Origin: Neovahlkampfia damariscottae
Taxonomy: Eukaryota
NCBI GenBank assembly: GCA_016618085.1
Contig: JABLTG010000025.1
Span: 62,001-126,000, forward strand
Length of the DNA: 64,000 bases
Direction of reading: 5' to 3'
The position numbers and the translations under genes were made by a program. This document shows, piece by piece, positions 47,692-61,056 of the stretch (its first letter is position 1; the number at the start of each line of letters is the position of its first letter). A model generated the notes under the pieces. That model was not told the origin of the DNA, made no database searches, and saw only the letters and a program-made list of their open reading frames with translations.

Positions 47692-50044
47692 ATGGATCAT
47701 CAACAAATTGAAAGAAGAAAAGAAATTCTTTTGTCACATTTAAAAAGTGAAAAAATGATTGAAAAATTTGGAACAAGTTCAAAAAGCAAACAACAAGTTG
47801 TAAATTCAACATTGACAAAACAAGGTGTTTGTGTGATTTATTTAAATAATCCACCTGTTAATGCATGTTCAAATGATCTTTTACAAGGTTTAGAAAGAGA
47901 ATTTGACAAGGCTATTTTGAACAAGGACTGTAGAGCGATTGTTTTGGCTTCAAAAATTAAAAGATTTTTTGTAGCTGGTGCTGATATTTCTGTGATACAA
48001 AAACTTCAAGGTTTTTTTTGAAACAATTTTTTTGACACTTTAAAGATGAACCAAAAAAATTAAAACAATGGGCTTTAGCTGCAAATGCTTTAATGAATAA
48101 AATTGAAAGTAGCTCAAAACCAACAGTAGCAGCAATCCCAGGAATTACTTTAGGAGGTGGTTTAGAAATTTCAATGGCTTGTAATGGAAGAATTTGTACA
48201 CCTGAATCTACATTAGGTTTACCTGAATTAAATATTGGTTTAATACCTGGATGGGGTGGTACACAAAGATTACCAAGATTAGTAGGTGTAAAAAAAGCAC
48301 TTGACATGATGATTGTAACAAACTTTTTCTTTAACTTTTTTAGAAATCACAAAACGTCAAAGGAGAAGAAGCAAAATCAATCGGATTGGTTGATGACTGT
48401 GTTGATGAATCAAATTTACTTTCAAGAGCATGTGAATTAGCTTCAGAAATGGTTTCATCAAAAAGTAGAAGAAGAATGTCTTTATACCTTTATGAAAATT
48501 TGAATTATGAAAAAGATATTCCTTTTATTAAAGAATTGAAGAAAAAAATAGTTGCTCAAGATTTACATGTTCCACACTTCAAAGCATGTATTGATGCAGT
48601 TTGGGTTGGTATTGAGGAAAATGGTAAGTGTGATTTTTTCAATTTATTTTTTTTGTAGGTTTATTAGGTTTAGACGAAGAACATGATCAATTTCTTACTT
48701 GTGCATATTCAGATTCATCAAGAGCATTAATTCATTATTTCTTTGCTCAAAGATCAGTCACAAAAATCCCAAATGTTCCAAAAAATACAAAACCAAAAAT
48801 GATCAAAAAAATATGTGTTATTGGTGGTGGTTTAATGGTAAAAAAATCAAATTTTTTTAAAAGTTTCTCAGGGATCTGGAATTGCAACAGCTTGTTTACT
48901 TGGTGATTATCAAGTTACTTTGAAAGAAATCAATGAAAAATTCTTAAGTTCAGGATTACAAAGAATTAAAGAAAATTTAAGTAAAAGATTAAAATCAAAG
49001 AGATTAACACAAGAAAAATTTGATAAAATGATGTCAAATTTATCAGGAACTATTGAATATGAAAATTTCAAGCAATTTGATTTGGTAATTGAAGCTGTCT
49101 TTGAAAATTTAAAATTAAAACAAGAAATCTTTCAAACTCTTGAAAAAGTTTGCTCCAGTGATTGCATTTTAGCTTCAAACACATCAACTATTGATATTGA
49201 TTTGATTGGTGAAAAAACCAAATCTCAAGACAGAATTATTGGTCTTCACTTTTTCTCACCTGCTCATGTCATGCAATTATTAGAAATTGTAAAACCAAAA
49301 TCAACTTCAATGGAAACTTTAATTGCTTCACTTGAATTTGGAAAAAGAATTAAAAAAACAACAGTTGTTGTTGGAAATTGTATTGGATTTGTTGTCAATA
49401 GAGTATTTTATCCATATGGAATTGCTGCTTGTTGGATGGTTGATAATGGAATTCATCCTTATAGAATTGATACAGTAACAAAAAGTAAAGTTCAAATGCC
49501 AACTGGACCTTTTATGTTGTATGATATGATTGGAATTGATGTTTTTTCACATGTTGGAGCATCAATGTCTGGTGGTTATGATCATTTAAAATATCCAATT
49601 GGAATCGTCAATCAAATGGTTGAAGCCAAAAATTTTGGACAAAAAACCGGAAGTGGATTTTACGTCTATGAAAGTAGAAAACCAACAGAAAATAAAGAAA
49701 TTGGTGAATTTATCAAAAAAGCAAAATCAAATGCTCCAAAATCAACAAATTTATCTTTGTCAGATGAAGAGATTATTGAAATTTTATTTTATCCTTGTAT
49801 TAATGAAGCATGTAGAATTGTTGAAGAAAATTTAGTTTACAGAGCTTCTGATATTGATATCGCAACTTGTTTAGGAATGGGATTCCCAAAACATCTCGGA
49901 GGATTGATGAAATATGGTGATTTGATTGGATCAAAAAAAATCTTTGAAAAATTAGAATCACTTCATAAAAAATTTGGTGAAGATTTATTCAAACCTTCAA
50001 ATTATTTAAAAGAACGTGCATTAAATAATAAATCACTTTATTAA
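47692..50044 (+). CDS. Second multifunctional beta-oxidation protein (MFP paralog) with PTS2-like N-terminus; 4 introns
   Basis: NNPPVNA, AGADI, GGGLEISM, GWGGTQRLPRL, GGGLMGSG, ASNTST and HFFSPAHVM motifs; N-terminal RKEILLSHL. Confidence 0.93.
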
Positions 50045-50053
50045 ATTTTTCAA

Positions 50054-51718
50054 TTACAAACGACTCATTCTCATTGTAGCTCTAACTCCAAAGTCTAGCA
50101 TCACTTCTTCACTACCACCTCCAATAGCTAGTACTCTTACATCTCTATAAATTCTTTCAACTCTTTCTCCTTGTCCACCTCTTGAATATCCAAGACCTCC
50201 AAATATTTGTACTGCTTCTCTAGCACAATTTTCAACTAATTTTGTCGTTTGTACTTTTAAAAATGAAATATCACCACCTAATTTAATATTTTGTTCTTCA
50301 TGTGACATTTGACACATTTGATAAGTAATGTATTCCAACCAAGACCACGCTGATTCAATTTGACGAATCATATCACCAAGTTTTTGACGAATCACTTGAT
50401 GTTCAATTAATTTCTTTCCAAATGTTTTTCTTTTGAATGCATATCTATAAGCATCTTCATAACACACTCTAGCATATCTTAATGCTTGAACTATTCCTCC
50501 CCAACTTTTAAATTAAATCAAAAAAAACTGTTATTTACCGCTCATGATTAAAGTTATACATTACGTATTTAAAACCTTCATTTTCATTTCCTATTAAATT
50601 TTCAGTTGGTACTTTTACATTCTCAAAAGTTACATAACTTGTACCAGAAGACCAAGATCCTTGCATTTGTAATCTTCTAGTTTTTACACCAATCATTTCT
50701 TTTTCAACTAAAAATACAGAAATACCAGACATCCCTGGTCCTCCTGTTCTTGCAGCAACTGTAAAATAATCACCCCATATTCCATTTGTTATGAACTAAA
50801 AATCATAAATTGATCAAATATTTCTTTACTTTTTTTTCTCCATTCAAAATATAAAATTTTCCGTCTGATGATTTCTTCGCAGTTGTTGATAAACTAGCAA
50901 CATCAGAACCAGCATTTGGTTCAGTGACTGCCAAACAAATCATTTTTTCACCACTTAAACAAGAAGGAACAACTATTTAAATTAAATCTTAATCAATTTA
51001 ATTCAATACCTTTATCTTGTAAATATTGAGAAGCAAAATTAATAATTGGTGATAATCCAATCGTATGCGTGACAAAGATATTTCCCAGTACACCAAAAGA
51101 AGCACATTTACTCATTTGATCTATTAAAATAAGTTCATGAAAATAATTATATTCATCAGGAGAAATTCCATTTAAAATTTCCGCATTTGGAATATATTTT
51201 TTTGGCCATTTTCCAAATAATCCAGATAATAAACCAACATCTCCACATCTAATTCTGAAACTTTTTGGTACTTCTTTTTTTACATCTTCCCATTCAAATG
51301 TATTTGGTAGTAATTCTTTTTCAGTGAATTCTTTGACTGCTTGGTTGAATTTGAAATGTGATTTATTGTAATATGGTGAAGGGCTTCCTTGTAACCATTT
51401 TGGTTCTGAATAAGGAATGAACTCTTTTTTGTTCTTTTTTTTTATTTGTTCTTCTTCAATGATTTCACCAATAAATAATTTGTCATGATATTTTTTCAAA
51501 ACAGAAGATTTATGAAATGATTCAAATTCTTTAGTTGCTTCTTTTCCTGCCATATCTAAAAGAACTTGTTTTCCACCTTTCAAAAAAATATAAATTAAAA
51601 ATTGTTTACCTGGATGGAGAATAGCAAATTTAGTGATGTCATAAACATTATTGTCGATTATAATCCAACTGGATATTTTTGTGTTGTGATCAGAAACTTG
51701 TTCTCTTGTAAAACTCAT
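50054..51718 (-). CDS. Cytochrome b5-fused acyl-CoA dehydrogenase, PTS1 SRL; 4 introns
   Basis: WIIID..VYDIT.F...HPGG (b5); CLAVTEPNAGSDVA, NGEKKFITNG, FNHER, VQIFGGLGY and AIGGGSEE motifs. Confidence 0.92.
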
Positions 51719-51830
51719 TTTTGATTTCTTAGTTTGATTGGTCATCCAAACAAAACATCGAATCAAATAAAAACTTTCAAAAAGTACAAAAAAAAATAAG
51801 CTTTTTTAAAAACTGGTTGGAAAATTGAAT

Positions 51831-53416
51831 TTATTTTTTTTTATCTTTTTTTTCTTTCTTTTCTTTTTTTTCCTTCTTTTCTTTTTTTTCTCCTTTGTCT
51901 TTCTTTTCTTTCTTTTCCTTCTTTTCTTTTTTCTTTTCCTTTTTTTTTTCTTCTTCATCATCGGAGTCATCTCTTTTTCTTTTTTTTTTTTTTGATTTTT
52001 CAATTGTAACATCATTTGAATCATCATGAATTTTTCCGTTTTCTGATTTTAATTTTGCGGAATGGTCAACTGATCTGTCAACTTGTTTAGCATTTGAAGA
52101 ACCTTTTGGTAAAGCAGAAACAGGCTTTGTTGCTAAACCTTCTAAAGTTGCTAATCTATTTTCAACAATATCTTTTGAAGGTAAACCAATTGTAACTGAA
52201 TCTTTTTCACCTAAAGCATCAACACGTGAAGATAAAGAACATTTAGCAGCTAAAACACGAGCAATTCTTCCTTTGTTTTTGTTTGAAGCTTGTCCAATGA
52301 GTGAAGCATGATAAATGAGACCATATTTTGGAGTATTATGTTTAGCTTTTAAAGCTCTGAATAAAGCTTTTTCAGCTCCTAAAATTTGTAAAGTTGAAGC
52401 AGGTTGTTTAGCTAAATTAATTAAAGAACCAGCATGACTAATTAAACGAGCACCAACAAGTTCACCAACAACGTGTGTTAAATTTGGAGCAATTGCTTGC
52501 ATACGGTTTTTCAAATATTCAAAAAGTTTCATTCTATAATCATTCAAAGCAACTACTTCTTCAGCTAAAGTACAAACACTTTCAACATCTTCTTCATTGA
52601 TTTCTGTACCCATGGAAATTTTAACTGCTTCTTCAACGTTATGAGCCATATCTTCTGGTAAAACATCTGTTAAATCACCTGATAATTTTTCTTGTCTATT
52701 TCTAAGAATCAAAACTGATTTTGCATATAAAATATTATCATTAATGATTTTAGCTAATTCTGGAAAATGCCATCCATACCATTCTTTAACTCTCATTGCA
52801 TAAATGTTTAATTCTTTATCTAAATCATCAAGTAAATTAATTGCTTGAACAATCATTGTATCAACTTTGTCAGGTGTAAATTTTAATTTATAACGATAAA
52901 GAGTATGTGAAATACCAACACTCATATTTCTAAGATCAACATCTGATGCTTCTTCTTTTAAAAGTGATCCTACTTGTGCACGAATTCCACGCATAAGTTC
53001 AATAACTTTTGAGTCATAGATACAAGTTATTCCTAATTTATCTTGAATAGCTGAACCCAAAGCTTTGTCATATACAGCTAATTCTCCTGATTTCTTTCAT
53101 TATTGTTAAAAAAAAAAAAATGCTCACTTTGGACATTGAGTCTTTCAAGAAAGTTTTGAGAGTGTTACTGACTTTTCCTTCAACAATACCTGATAATGAT
53201 TCAATAGCATCTTGTGTATTTTCGAATCTGACAAATGATTTTAAGCTTACACTGAAATTTTAATTTTGTTAAATTATTTTTTTTTTTTGTTTACGTTTTT
53301 TTAGCAACTTCTGGAGTTTCGAATGCTGCGTCAATTTTATCAACTGATTTTAATGCGGATTTATCTAAAAGTTTGAATAAAGCGAATCCTGATGCAGTTT
53401 CATAAAGGATTAACAT
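51831..53416 (-). CDS. NOP58: Nucleolar protein 58 (box C/D snoRNP); 2 introns
   Basis: MLILYETASGFALF, KVDTMIVQAI.LLDDLDKELN, REWYGWHFPEL-type motif (KEWYGWHFPEL), TPKYGLIYHAS and KKE tail. Confidence 0.95.
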
Positions 53417-53592
53417 TTTGTTACAAAAAGTTTTTGAGCAAATTAACCAATCAGGTTTAACTAATTTGACCAATGGTTTTTTATCAGAAAGAGAATTTTT
53501 TCTATGAACAATTTTTTAGCAATTTTTCACAAAAATAAATATTCTGCCTTTCTCTTAAAAACCTTTGCTTTTGATTGGTTTATTATTTTTTG

Positions 53593-56038
53593 ATGGGAAA
53601 TACACACCATACAGACGAAAGGTTGACAGAGAAATCTGTGGTTACTCAAAAACAACCAGAAAAAATAAAAAGAAATTGGTATTTGGAGGCTCAACAAATT
53701 CAAAGTTCTTTCAGAGATGAAGAACAACTCCAAAAAGTTTTTCTTTCAAGACTTCAAGATGTGAAACTTAAAACTTTGGACTTATCAAGAATGGGTCGAT
53801 TACTATTTGATCAAAATGACTTTGAAGTTCCATTGAGTTTAAACGATAAAATAATTCAAAATATGAATACAGAAGAAATCAAAAAAATTGATATTTCTTT
53901 CACACTATTTTCAAAATCTAAAAGAACAGTGGATGAGTTTCCAAAAGAAATATTCTTAATACAGCAACTAAAAGAAGCTAATAGAGTTCAATTTCCAACA
54001 GAAATCCTTCAATTTACCTATTTAAAAGAACTAATTGCAGTAGGATGCGATATAGCAGAGTTACCAAACGGTTTGATTTTAAAATAACTAAATTCACCAG
54101 AAATATCAAGTTTAAAATTTTTGGAAAAATTGGATTTGTCTTCGAATTCAATTGGGAAACTCCCTGAAGAGTTTTACGAATTGAAATATTTGAAATTTTT
54201 AAATTTAAGCAAAAATAGTTTTGAAACTAAATTTAATGAAAAATTTTCGGGGTTTGTCGAACTAATTGAATTAGATTTAAGTCATTTGAATCTTAGTTCA
54301 TTTCCAAATCTATCAAAAATGAAAAAATTAAAAAAATTCAGAGCACAATTCTTTCCAATTCAATTGAAGAAAATTGAAGAATTTCCTAAATTTCCAACAT
54401 CAATAAAGTAGGAAAACATATAACTAAATCTCAAAAAATTTTAGATCAATCGATTTAAGACTTGCAAAATTTACTGAATTTCCAGAGTAAGATTACTTTC
54501 ATTTTTTATTTCAAAGTTTATCGAATTTGATTGATTTAGAATATTTAGATTTAGGTTTTGGTGATATTTCTTCAATTCCAGATACAATTTCAAAATTATC
54601 TTCATTGACATATTTGAATTTATTTGGAAATCAAATATCATCTTTACCAAAACTTCCTACAAAATTGAAATATTTGATATTAAGATCAAACAAAATTACC
54701 AAAATACCAGCACAAATTTATGAAATGAAAAATTTAGAAATATTTGACATTTCAATGAATGAACTAACAAAAATTGAACCTTTATCAAAGTAAGTTGATC
54801 AAAAAAATGAACATATTTAAGTTTAATCAATTTAAAGAGCTTGAATATTTCCTATAACAAATTAACTTCAATTCCAGAAATTTCAAAAGAAGTAAAATTG
54901 GAAAGGTTCATTTTTTGTGAAAATCCTTTGAAAGAAAAATTTTCATTTTCACCTTCTTTTTCGTATCCATTTAAGAAATGTGATTTAACAAATGATTTGG
55001 TTGATAGAATTAAAGGATGTATTTATGGTCAAGCTTTGGGCGATGCAATAGGATTACTTACAGAATTCTTCCCAAAAAATCAATCATTCAAATTTTACGG
55101 GATTGAAAATTTATCTTCCAACATCATGGTAGTTGATAGACATAGAAATATGTTTATTCCAGGTGATTTTACCGATGATGTAAGCTTTTTGAATTTCTGA
55201 AACTCAAAAGACTGATCAAATGATTTGTATTCTTGATTCTGTCATTTCCAAAGGAAAATTTGATTCTACAGATTTCGCAAAACGCTTGTTTGCTTGGGTA
55301 TTCCGTGGTTTTTATATGTTGGGTGATTCTGCTGGAGCTGGTTTAGGTCAAACAGTGAAAAACACAATTACTCGTGAAAACTTTTTAAATGATCCTCACA
55401 AGGCAAGTGAATACGTTTGGGAACAAATGCATAGAAACGCAGCAGCAAATGGAGCAATTATGCGAACTAGTATCACTGGTGTTTTTGATTTTGATGATAC
55501 CGAAAAAGTAATTTCTAACACAAAAAACATGGCAATGGTGACTCATTTTGATAGTAGATGCGTTCAAAGTTCAATTTTAATTTCGACAATAATTTCATTA
55601 ATTCTCAAATATACCAAAGAAAAGAAGGAAATTGAAATCGACAATCTGTTGCAAGAAGCTTTGAAATTGATTGAAATTCCTAAAGAGCATGAGGCTGATT
55701 TTGATCGTTATTTGAAAGGCGAAACATTTGAAGATTTAGAATTGGATGAACCCTCAAAAATTGGTTATACTTTGAAGGCTATGGGTTGTGGTGTTGTTGG
55801 TTTGAAGCAAGCAAAAAATTTGGATGTGAAGAAAGCTTTTAAATTAATTCTTTCTGATTTAGTTTTAGAATCAGGTGATGCTGATTCTAATGGATGTGTT
55901 TGTGGAGCTGTGCTTGGAACTTATGTCGGTTATTCTAACTTACCAAAAGAATGGATTGATGAATTGATTCACAAACAATTCTTAGATGAAAAAATTGAAG
56001 AATTATTGGATTTCATGAAAAAAGAGAATCAGTTGTAG
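53593..56038 (+). CDS. LRR + ADP-ribosylglycohydrolase fusion with N-terminal MGN; 5 introns
   Basis: About 10 LxxLxLxxN repeats in frame with DRIKGCIYGQALGDAIG, FTDDTDQ, ANGAIMR, VTH and GDADSN. Confidence 0.85.
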
Positions 56039-56181
56039 AAAGTAAATAACTTGTGATTAAAATAAAAGAAGTCATTTTGAGGGGAATATTTCATTTTATT
56101 TAGCAAGTGGAATTTCCTCAATTGAAATCAGATTTTTCAGCTTCACTCTTTATCATTGGATAAATATTTACACCAATTAAA

Positions 56182-56971
56182 ATGTTTAAATTCAACTTGT
56201 TGCTTGTATTTCTTTTGTTGATTGCTTATCAACAAATAGCTGCTATTCCTGCTGAATGTGTTAGTTCTGTAAGTCAAGTTTTGTCAACAGGTGCTCCAAC
56301 AGATCCTTGTAATCCACGTTACACTTGTGAACACAAATGTAAAAATGGTCAATGCACTGTTTATCTTGATATCAGAAAATTTGGAAACCATATTTTAAGT
56401 GACTGGAATGGTTTCTGCAAAAATGAAAATCCTATTGTTTGGAGATGATTTTGTTGAAAATACTCTCAAAGAACATAAATTTGGTTTATCTTCACGCATA
56501 TACAAAAGTAACGCTAAAACAATGCTTGCTGATATTGTCTCTAAATTTGCAAAAATTTGTAAAGGTGGAGCCAAAATCACTCAGAAAGACATGGAAAATG
56601 CATCTTCAAAAATCTCTAAAGCAGCTGCAAAAGCAACAGCAGACTCAAATGTAAACTTTGGAAGAGGTTATACTGCAGAAAAAAAGAGATACCATGCAAA
56701 CAACAAACGTGATGCTTATAATGGTTTAAAAAATATCATTGGCATTTTCAGAATGAAACTCAACGCGGGTAATTTTGGTTATTGTTCATGTGCTGATTTT
56801 GGAAATTCATTAACAGGAATTAAAAAACAAATTGTTAACTTATCTGTTGCAAAAGCATGCAAAAGAAAATGTAATTCTGGTGCTGTTACACTTGATGATA
56901 ATGATATAGTTGCTGTTGAAAATCTCACCAAAGACCTTGAACTTGAAATTGAATCATTAGAACTTGAATAA
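56182..56971 (+). CDS. Secreted Cys-rich protein of unknown family; probable 34-nt intron 56411-56444
   Basis: Signal peptide; GT-AG removal joins the two ORFs as DWN-DDFVEN. Confidence 0.65.
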
Positions 56972-57066
56972 AATATTTTGTTTGAGAATTCAATCTTTTT
57001 TCTGTCTATTTTTAGATCGGAGGTTTCTATGATTGGACAACCAGATTTATTACGGAGTTTAGTGAA

Positions 57067-57764
57067 ATGAACACAATAACAAAAGAACTTTCTGAATTAG
57101 GTGAAAAAGAATTAAACACAGATGAAGGATGGTACATGGAATATGATGATGGGACAGGAACAACAATTTGGTCAAAAACGTTATTTCCAGAGTGTGACAT
57201 TAAAACATATAAAGTTATTTTTGAGGTTTCTAGATCAGTTGAAATTGTTTACACTGCATTTAAAGATCAAGAGGCGAGAGTAAAATTCAGTCCAAAATTT
57301 TCCGTCAGCAAATTTGTTGCACAAGAGTAAATAAAAGAAACAATTTAATTTTTTCTCACAAAGTGGTGAAAAAGACATTGTTTTTCAAATAAACAAACCT
57401 ATAATACCATTTTTATCAGAAAGAGAATTATTATTAGAAAGGTTATTTAAAAAAAAAGACGATAGTTTTATGATGATTTGCAAGGTAAAAGTCAAGTTTA
57501 TTTTAATTATTTTAATAGTCAACCACACATGATGATTATCCAATCAACAATACTTATCCTAGAACTGATACAATTTTTCAAGCATGTAAAGCAGTAAAAT
57601 TAGAAGAAAAAAAAACTCAAATCACTTTTATTCATCAACAACAATTGGGTTTTTGGATTCCTCAATTTGTAATTTATCAAGCAATGAAAATGCTTTCACC
57701 AAAAATTCCAACAATATTTGATGTTGCATGTGACTATCATGAGAAACAACAAAACGAAAAATAA
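57067..57764 (+). CDS. START/SRPBCC lipid-transfer domain protein; 2 introns
   Basis: W near N-terminus, D...R.KF, PFLSERE, STTHDDYP and GFWIPQFVI motifs. Confidence 0.75.
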
Positions 57765-57933
57765 AATTTAAATTATTTCTTTTCTCAATCCAAATACATG
57801 ATGATGATGAATATTAGGATTCTCACACATTGAAAACTAGAGACATAGATTTCTTGTGCATACGACATGTTTCTTCAAATGAAATTTCAGGTCAAAACAA
57901 AAATAAACAAAACAAAATTTAATTGTCAAAATA

Positions 57934-59723
57934 TCAATTTTGATTCAATGCTCTTCCAGTTCTTTCTTTTTCTCTATTTTTTTTCATTTGAATCAACAAA
58001 TCAGAAATATCTTGAGATAATTCACTTCCTGGTCTAATTTTTTCATCTCCTAAAATTTTTTTAAAAATTTCAGCTTCTTTTGCTGATTCTGCATCAGTCA
58101 ATTTTTCTTTTTCAACTTTTGTATAAAAGTCATTCATAATTTGATGAAATTTATACATCATATCATTTTCATCTGATTTATGTCTTGGTTCTTGTTTTAA
58201 TGATTCAATTTCATTCAAAGCTCTACAAGGACACATTCTTTTTGATCCCCATCTTTGTGATGAACAAATACTAGTAACATTAACTAAAGTTTTACATTCA
58301 TTCATTGATAAATCATATAAAGGTAATGCATCACCATTATCATCAATCATATTATAACATCTACAATTAACTTTCATTGTCTTCCTCATTGTATCACAAC
58401 TTTAAATTTAAACTTTTTTTTTTTTGTTATTTACTTATTGACAAATTGAAATGCTCTTGGTGAACAAGCCATATCCATATCTTCACAAATTTCATCACAT
58501 GATCTTCTAAATATATTATTACCTGGAATTATTTCATGACCTAATCTTCTCAATAAAACTTTTCTTGTTTCATAATCTATTGGTACGTCCATATATGGAA
58601 TTTGTAAAGTTTTTAATTGTTTAATAGATGGGTTTTTACAAGGTGACAACATATAATTTTCACAATTCCAATCAAATTGTTCTTGATAATGAAAAATTGG
58701 TGATTTCATCAATCCAAAACATTTATAATCTCTTTCTCTCCAATTACCAACAGATGACTCATATCCAATATGTTCAAATAAAATATATCTATAAGTATAA
58801 TGTACTCTTCTTTTTTTTTGATTTTCAAAAGGATCCCAAAATAACGCCAAAGCTGTATCAACTATTGTTGAAAAATTAAAAAAAAATAGTTTTTCTCTTT
58901 TACTTGGGAATGAATTTCGAATTGATTTTTCTTCAATGACTGAAATAAATTTTGGAATATCTCTGCATTGCATAAATAATCCTGAAAATCCAAATGTCAT
59001 TCTTATTACTAACCAGTCATCTAAATGCATTTCTGCCCATTGATATAATGAAATCACATGCGCAGCTGCATCAGGACAAATCAAATAATCATCTTCGAGA
59101 TATAAAAACATAGATGATCCCGAACAATTACTTCTATGCCAAGTTTTCATCATTTCAAGCCAATCTTTCAATTTTCAATTTTTTTTTTTTTTTTTTTTAC
59201 CTAACGCTTGATTATTCCATTTTTTGATTTTCTCAGTTGTTACTTCGCCATATTTTTTTTGTAATTTTAATAATTCATGTTCTGGATCTTTTAATAATTT
59301 AATTAAATTTTGGTCTTGTTCAAAATGAGTTAATTTGAAATTATTTCCTCCATCAAATGGAACATCATTATTAAAAAGTGATTTTCTTTCAAAAGCATTT
59401 AATGTAAAATCAACATTTAAATCTTTAAAACTTGTATTCATACTTTTGAAAGTCTTCTTTAAATAAGTATAACCTGTTTTTAAACGATACATTGTTGGAA
59501 TGACGACTTGTATTTTTGGAAATTCTTCAGATAAAGTTTTTAAAGGTTCATATGTTTCAGGTTTTGAATTTGATGAAATAGAGTCATCTGAATAAAAAAA
59601 TTGTGCTCTATTCACATCCGTATTTGTTTGTCTTTCTTTTGTAATAAAAAATATTTGAAATAGTATATTCAAACCAAAGAAAATTACAATAGTAAACCAA
59701 ATATAGGGTTTTTTGCTGTTCAT
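57934..59723 (-). CDS. Type II Golgi glycosyltransferase, MGAT4/GT54-like with Cys-rich C-terminal domain; about 3 introns
   Basis: N-terminal TM; IPTMYR...YL..T, YLEDD and LFEHIG..SS motifs; C-terminal SCDEIC...C.P..F..VN...KRMCPCR. Confidence 0.75.
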
Positions 59724-59825
59724 TTAAGTTTTTTTTATTTGGTTTTGGAAGTTTTTAGAAATTCTTTAGAACCTTTTTATTGGACAAAACAGATCAAGTT
59801 GAAAAAAAAGTCAACGTTAAAAAAC

Positions 59826-60932
59826 ATGGCATACAGAGTTTTAACAAATAAATATGAAAAGATTAGATCTATGATAAAAACACCATTAAGTGAAAAGAAA
59901 TTCATTGATGATGATGAATTGACTGAACCTATTGAACTTGTTTATTGTGATCCAACTTCTTGGAGAAGGTAAGAAAAAAAAATATGTAAAATTGATAAAT
60001 TAATAGTATTTTAGAATCTGTTGAAGGTGGTATTTCTCAAATTCAAAAAAGACGTAAAAAAAAAAAAAATTGAAACAAGGTGGGATTTGAAGTCAAGTCT
60101 TTACATAAATTGCACGAAGAACATGTTACTCCTCGATTCGGAAAAGATTATACTGCAGAAGAACAACAAATTGAAATTTTAACACAAACTATAAAAGATT
60201 TATTCAAAGAATGTATTAAGAATATTTCTGATATTGGTGGAAGTGATGATGAAAAATCTCAGGAAGACGTTTTTAGAAAAAATATGAAAACAAATTTTGT
60301 TCTTCAATTAAATGATTTATCAAAAGAATTTAAAGATGCACAAAGAAATTTCATTCAAAGTAAAAAAAAAAAGATTTTCATTTAAATTTTCTTTCAGAAC
60401 TGAAATCAATGAAAGATAAAAAAAAAACGATCGGAGTTTCATATGAAAATGATGATTTAGATCCAGAAGAAAAAAGACAACTTGAACAATTACAAGATAA
60501 AATTTATACAAAAGGTTTCACTGACGAACAGATGTCTCAGGTAAGAAGAAATAAAAAAAAAATAAAAAAAATCAAAGATTTTACAAAATGAAAGAGAAAT
60601 ATTAGACAGAGATAGAGAATTAAAAAATATTTTATCTTCCATTATTGAATTAAAAGATATGTTTCAAGAATTTTCAAATTTGGTCATTGAACAAGGAACC
60701 ATTTTAGATAGAATAGATCATAGTTTACTTCAATTATTTTTTTTAATCTTTCTTTTCAGATTTGGATCATACTATAGATAATGTGGATGATGGTACAAAA
60801 AATTTAGTCAAAGCAGAAAGTTATCAAAAATGTAGTAAAATAACATTATGTATGTTGTTTGTTGTAATTGCAGTAGCAGGTGCTGGCTTGATTTTAACTC
60901 TAAAAATCTTGATGAAATTGGCAATTTTATAA
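59826..60932 (+). CDS. Syntaxin 16/Tlg2-like Qa-SNARE; 5 introns
   Basis: LH..H..P.F...EEQQIEILT, ILSSIIELKDMF..F..LVIEQGTILDRID and a C-terminal TM. Confidence 0.85.
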
Positions 60933-61056
60933 AGAAAAAATAAAATTTATTTATGAAAGATTGTTTGGAGGTTGATTGATGTTTTAGAGGTCCAGTTTAT
61001 AAAGAAAACAAAATTTTTATTATTAATAATATTGACTAAATACAATAGGTGTCTAA

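Noticed and set aside
51806..52027. Lys-rich ORF and purine repeat as a separate element
   Set aside because: It is an alternative frame of the NOP58 KKE tail.
53080..53300. Intronic snoRNAs in NOP58
   Set aside because: The introns are only about 33-40 nt.
56430..56450. +1 frameshift at AGA-TGA
   Set aside because: A 34-nt GT-AG intron restores the frame.
57770..57930. Box C/D snoRNA or SECIS in the long gap between convergent genes
   Set aside because: RUGAUGA is present at 57798 but there is no downstream CUGA box D or terminal stem. There is no in-frame UGA selenoprotein candidate.
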